40,942 bases of DNA. Source: Chiloscyllium plagiosum. Lineage: Eukaryota. Positions within the stretch are counted from its first letter, which is position 1, and every line of letters starts with the position of its first letter. Location of the stretch: NCBI RefSeq assembly GCF_004010195.1, contig NW_025215353.1:67213-108154 (forward strand). Reading direction: 5' to 3'. The notes beneath the pieces were generated by a model. The model worked only from the letters and a program-made list of their open reading frames with translations, was not told where the DNA came from and did not search any database. This document shows positions 35,330 to 40,942 of the stretch, in pieces. Made by a program: the position numbers and the translations under genes.

Positions 35330-38300
35330 TCACAACTTCAGATTTTGTTTTCCTTGATAATACGAGGTTTGGATTATTCCAGTCTCCCCAACCTTCACAC
35401 CATACTCAGCTTCCAGTTCGGACACGATCTTCTCCCATGGAATGTTCCAGTGGGAAATGTTTCTTGCAGGATTCACCTTGTATTTCTCTGCAAACTCCTT
35501 GTTATAGGTGTACAGGACCCATTTCCAATAAGATGGCACCCCAGCCTCCGGATTTAAAGGAATGTTCCAGGAATTGTATTCCTCACATTGCATTTGGATA
35601 AAATACACATTAAAAACTCGCTCCAGTATATTCCGGACTAACATTTGCTCCCAATGTTCTTTATCTTTCTGGTACAAATAAATTGCGGTGGCTGTTGCTG
35701 TGCAGCTGTCAGTGACCAGCTCTTTGCTCCGTCTCCAGTGACAGCCCCCAATCCCCTGAGGCCAGTGATATGTTGCTGAGTGCTTCCCATGTGTATTATT
35801 GGTGTGATCACAGGGCACCCGGCAAAGTGGGCAGCGATTTCCACAACCAGCCAACAATTTGTAGAGCTCTTTGGAAGGGTCATTGGGAAGGTTCACCAGC
35901 GTCTGCTCAACATCCCATTTCACAATGTCTTGGAGGAGGCGTGTTTCCAAGGCAGGAATGAATTGAATCAGTTTAATCACAAAACTTGGAGCCTTTTTGA
36001 ATGCTCTTGTGTTTTCAAGCTTTTCTTTTGGTAACACAAGGTGTTCTTCAAGTCTTTGTTTGAATTCATTCAAAAATGATTGAATGTTATCAGCTGAGCT
36101 TTTTATACAGTCAACGGTTGTCTTTATTTTGTCGATTTTCTGCTGCAGCACCTCCTGAGCTATGCAATAAAACATGGATTTGTTGTTGTTCAGCCCTTTA
36201 CAATGGTTCAGCACTTGCTCTTTTACCCAAACTTGTTCAAACTTTCCGGTCTGTTCAAAGTACTGACAGTACTTGTCAAAGCTTTTGAGCTTTTTTAGAT
36301 ACAACATGATCCCCACTTGAAGGTTTCTGCGTGACGTAAGTTCTATCTTTTGCTCTTTTTTAAGGTGATCCACAATTGTTGAGCCCAGTTGCTGTTTGAG
36401 AGCTTCCAACAGAGCGGGCTCCAAACAGGAATCACAGAATAATCTCGCACACGTCTCACTCTGGTCCTTTTCAGAGAATATGCTTTTAAACATTGTAAAG
36501 TAATAATGTCTCTCATTCGCTAGTCTCTTCAGGGGATTATGTTTGCCACAGAATCGATCATACATCTCCTGAAATCTCTGAATGGCTTTGCCACACACAT
36601 GGATTTTCACATCTGTACTTAATAGCTCATTGACTTTGAGTGTCTCCGCATCAAGTGTCTGTGGATTTCTGTCCACTTCTCGCAGAAGTTCATTCCAAAG
36701 AAGCAGGTTGTAACTCTCACCTCTCTTAACAATCTCTTCTACATAATCGTCACATTGTGATATCAATTGGAGAGTTTTCTTCTTCGCCTCCAGTAAACGT
36801 GCAGATTCCACCCATTGTGCCACATTCTCGTCTTCCAAGTTTTCTTTATTTTGATGGAAGGAACGTATCAGCTGCGTGTATGTTTTGTTTGTTCCCAGAT
36901 GTTGCTCAGTGATCTTCCATTCCACGTTGCTGAACTCAACAAGACTCTCCCCAGACGTGAGCTTCATTGTGAGTATTCTTCCTTGCTTCCTCGTATTTTC
37001 CCTCAAGCTCTTTTCCATGTCTCCCTCGATGTTGACTACTATGGGCTGGAAATGTACTGATGCCATGACTTCTCTCTATATTGTTTCAAAGGTTTCAGTC
37101 AGTTCACTGTCACCTTGATCTGTTGATTTAAGTTTCAAATTATCCAAGAGCAGATCAATCTTCTCTTGGATTCTCTCACTGAAACTACTTAAAATGCGGT
37201 TTAATTCGTTAAGGTCTCTCCGCCTGTTCAATGCTGCCTCACATCTCATCTTTGTGCGTTTTTCAAGCTCCCGACTCAGTGAGTCAAAACCCGCTGCTGT
37301 CTCGGCTTTAAAATTCTCAATCAGATGTGCCTGGTTGGTGTCCTCCTTAAAATACTTCTCCATCTCATCCAGTATTTGACATTTCTCTTCACTGATCATC
37401 CTTGGAACGTCAATATCCAAAGTTCCTCTGAGTTCCTGAAGGTCCCCTTCACAGTTGGCAATTCGATTGATTGCTTTCTGAAGCCAGGAATGGACCTCAC
37501 TCCTCAGCTTCCACTCCAAATCCGAGTACTTCTCTGACAGTCGATTGTAGGCATCTGCCACCAAGCTGTTCCTGAAACTGAAGATGAAGTTCTCATGTTT
37601 CACTGCGTTCCATGTACTTGTCATCCAGCAAATGAACTCTGGGATGGTGGAAGGTATCCTGTTGAGAAAATGCTGCAAAATCTTGTGTTTGAGTTCTGTC
37701 ACCTTCTGACTGTATCCCATACTAACTAGCGCCATGGGGGGATTCCCACACCACAGCCCTGGGATGTACCAATTGTTTTTCTTGGAGTCATAATCCAAAA
37801 TATCAGAGAACTTTGAGAATTTGTGATCTTGCCCCTCAGTTTTAGCTACAATCTTGGTCAGTTGGTCCAGCTCCTGGTGCAATGATTTGTGACTCCACAT
37901 ATTCTTCTGATGTGCAGACACATCTCCAACCATTTGGTGGACAAATTGACAATTGGGTCTTTTCCCGACCACTTTCATACGAATTAAGGCATGGACAACA
38001 ATTTGCAGGATGTCCTTCGTTTCTGAGGCAGTCTCTGTGGACATGGTTATGATGATCAAATCGCTTAAGCCAGCCACCAGAGTGGCCAGTTCATTGTCAT
38101 GCTCATTTTGGCCATCCAGGCTGGACCGTTCCTGAGCCCGCAAGCCCTCAGTGTCCAGGATCAGGATGAAGTCGCAGGCTTTCTCCTTCATTGTTCCTGT
38201 TGTTCTAATGAGCTGCATGTAGACCCCAGAGGTGCATCTCCCACAGCCCACTGCAAACTGACAGCCAAACATTACATTCAACAGAGTGGACTTGCCTGTG

Positions 38301-40215
38301 CTTTGTAATCCCAACACTGAGAGGACAAAAATGCGGCAAGGCTTAACTTTCTTGTCAACTTCCATTAACACGCTAGTGACCCATTCCATGGGGATATTGG
38401 AAACATCTCCATCCATGAGCTCAATTGGGAAACCCTCCAACATCATATCAGCTGCCAGTGATGGAAACTGTTTGATATCTGAAGGAACACTTGGCTGGAT
38501 CTGAAACACCTCATAGATGAGTCCCATTTCCCGGAGGAAATGTTCCAATCCCAAGCTCTGGGATTTGTCCAGCAGGTTCTTATTGTGTTCAGTCAATTGT
38601 TCCTGAATACTTTGACTCTGCACTTGCTCCTCAGTCTCCAGGTTTAACATTATGTTACTATGAGACACTGTGACTGAGTTTGACTCCAATGCATTTCTTA
38701 GGCAATTTAGGAAAAGTTTCCTTTGGTTTCCCATTGTCTGGAGCCCAAGGATTATTTGCCTCATCAGATTCGACATCCCACGACGTGCAAGTGCCCGACA
38801 AAGATCTTCTCTCTCTCTCTGCAGCCGACTGACATAATCTGAAACATTAGCATCACTGAGACTCTTTAACTGACACATTTCCTTATCGATGCCTGAAATC
38901 TTTTCCCAAGTATCTCCTTGGAAATACAACTCTCTCTCTCGGATCATTTTAATGCCTTCGCTCACAATTACTCGAAGAATTTCTTCGGATTTTCCCCAAG
39001 CTTCTGAAATCACGTTGTTGTCTTCATCGATCAGAAACTTACTGGCCCTCGCTGCTGGGAGCATTGCTTGCAAACTCAGTGCCTCCTCTTTCACTTCTGC
39101 CCCCTTTCTCAGAATCTCTACTAATTTGGATCGAATACTTCGTAGAAAGTGTGCTTCGTTTTTTTGGTGTTTTGTTAAAATATGATCTTTTGCTATTAAT
39201 TTAGCTTCAATCAACCTTTCAGATTGTGGCACCTTGGGAACAATAATTAAAAACAGTTTCTGTTGAATCTGAGGATTGGAAAACAGAAATGTTTCGGCTT
39301 GTTCGTTCAAATGCTCAATGAAAACAAACAGAGTGGTGGCAACTTTACTCAGGAACTGGACGTGTTCCGGAAGGTTTTGGGCATCCCCTCGGAGATTCAT
39401 GACTGCCACAGCCTCCGGAATGATGTCAATATCCTTACTGCCAGATGGCAAATACCAGATCATTTCTATCATTCCGTCTGAAACCTTCCTGCTTATATCG
39501 CCACATGACATATCATAATGGACAAAATAATCCAGATTGGGTTGTGAGTTGCTGAAAACCTGATTTAACAGTTTAGATTTTGATGATGAGCAGTTGCCAA
39601 ATCGAACAAAAGCGAACGTTGGAAGACTAGATGTGGCCATACATTCCTCAATGAATCCCGCCCTGTCTCTCATTGACTGAGGTCGGTAACTCCTCACGAA
39701 GGAGCACATGGGATGCATAAGAAAAGTTGGTCTCCCTTCCGGACTCGGCATGACGATTGGAAATGCAAACTGGCAAAAGGACATTCAGAGAATCACTTCC
39801 TGCTGCAGAATAGTGTCTGCACACACAAATAATGTCCAGTGGATGGAAAGACATTGCAGTAGCATTCAGACTTTGAGAGTAATAATTAAAGTCCTCTTCC
39901 AATGTTTCATCTTCAGCTGTGTCCTGTTTTCTGGCATTAGAATTTGCCTCCATTAGCAGCCTGAGGAAATGCCAAGGGATATCTGTTGTGCTGGTGGATT
40001 TCTTGTCCTCCACAGTCTCAATATTCATCTCCTTTACTTTATTCAGGGACAGCTTGTTGGGATAAAATTCCCACAGCCCAAGAGTTTTCAGAAGCTGCTG
40101 AAATGCATCCCGACAGTCGGTACTTGCTTCCCCACCTCGATTCTCCTCAGTACAGTCCTCATATTTATCAATACCCAAATTGTCCATTCCCCTCATGGAT
40201 GGATTCTTCAATTTT
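35330..40215 (-). pseudogene. GVIN1: Interferon-induced very large GTPase 1-like / URGCP-like gene (VLIG family), one large coding exon, disrupted by one frameshift and two in-frame stops
   Basis: ORFs 39648..40262, 37076..39784 and 35330..37066 join into one ~1620-aa protein. Motifs: HPLDIIC..CADTILQQEVIL*MSFCQFAFP (family pattern PLD...C.D..LQQE...KMS.CQFA.P), FVRFGNCSSSKSKLLN, LGLEHFLREMGLIYE, P-loop GLQSTGKS (38288-38311), GRCTSG, DTEG (38144-38155), HDNELATLVAGLSD, FIFSFRNSLVA, C-terminal GCGNRCPLCRVPC..H..H...HWPQG and YWKWV. Splice acceptor ttttgctttcttactgttttag| at 40216-40237; first in-exon ATG at 40196. Lesions at ~39824, 39785-39787 and 37076-37078. Confidence 0.93.
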
Positions 40216-40604
40216 CTAAAACAGTAAGAAAGCAAAACGACATTTTTATTGCACAGTTCCAACCTTCAGACCTACTGAAATCTTCACAGTTCAACAGTGT
40301 CAACCTTTTCCTGTTATATATGGTTATCTATACATTTAGAATCTGGTACATCATTAAATCCTATCACTTTTGAAATGTAATGGTGGAATGATCAGCTTGT
40401 GCAATCTAGATTTCCACAATTCCTGCAAAATACTTCTGGGAAATCTACTAGGTTACTGTAATATTCAATATTGTTTCGTAAAGATACAATTTGAAGTTTT
40501 CTCAATTGACAAATGGTTTTGACTTTTGAGTTTGAGGTAGAGGCAAAATAATGCTGGACAACTTAAATAAACAGACAATGCCAGAAATGCTCATAGCAGC
40601 TGTG

Positions 40605-40935
40605 GAGGTGGTGGCATCGTTATATTATCACTGAGCTGTTAATCCAGTGACCCAGGTAATATTCTGTGGACCCAGGTTTCAGTCCTGCCATGGCAGATGG
40701 TGGGATTTGAATTCAATGAAAATCTACAAATAAGATTCTAAAGATGACCACAAATCAATTGTCAGAAAATAAAGCCTACCTGATTCACTAATGTCCTTTA
40801 GGGAAGGAAACTGCCATCTTTACCTGGTTATGTCCATGTGACTCCAGATCTACAGCAATGTAGTTGACTCTTAACTGCCATCTGAGCAATTAGTGATGGG
40901 TAGCCTAGCCAGCGACACCAACACCCCTAAAATGT
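40605..40935 (+). mobile_element. DeuSINE/SacSINE1-like SINE, decayed
   Basis: ccaggtttcagtcctgccatggcagatggtgggatttgaattcaat...ttcactaatgtcctttagggaaggaaactgccatc...tgactccaga...gttgactcttaactgcc. Confidence 0.7.
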
Positions 40936-40942
40936 GGGATTT

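Noticed and set aside
39648..39823. C-terminus of the 204-aa ORF (VCRHYSAAGSDS...)
   Set aside because: Out-of-frame read-through after the frameshift; family motifs continue in the other frame.
35317..39956. Many short plus-strand ORFs opposite the GVIN gene
   Set aside because: Antisense shadows of the coding strand with no independent evidence.
40216..40262. N-terminal extension MELCNKNVVLLSYCFR of the GVIN ORF
   Set aside because: Starts at a non-ATG codon and overlaps a polypyrimidine tract and AG acceptor, so it is intronic.

Overview
Eukaryotic, repeat-rich genomic DNA. The repeat families (HE1-type SINEs, CR1 LINEs, Penelope-like elements, a 33-bp minisatellite) point to a cartilaginous fish, probably a carpet/bamboo shark; this is an inference. 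There are three assembly gaps. The main gene is a ~4.9-kb single-exon very large inducible GTPase (GVIN1/URGCP family) on the minus strand, 35330-40215. It has complete G1/G2/G3 motifs but three visible lesions (a frameshift at ~39824, TGA at 39785-39787, TAG at 37076-37078), so it looks like a young pseudogene or null allele. There is also an isolated first coding exon of a GPR139-like orphan GPCR (24269-24500, +) whose ectodomain is built from a 7-aa (21-bp) tandem repeat; its second exon is not visible. A decayed Harbinger-type Myb/SANT exon lies at 14826-15046 (-). The rest is mostly decayed LINEs, SINEs, LTR/Gypsy pieces, minisatellites and local duplications. The most unusual non-coding signal is a set of Penelope-derived insertions carrying minimal hammerhead-ribozyme cores. 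Three have clean target-site duplications (12, 9 and 14 bp) and two of those are fold-back hairpins. Repeat family names come from recalled consensus features, not a database search, and many boundaries are approximate.
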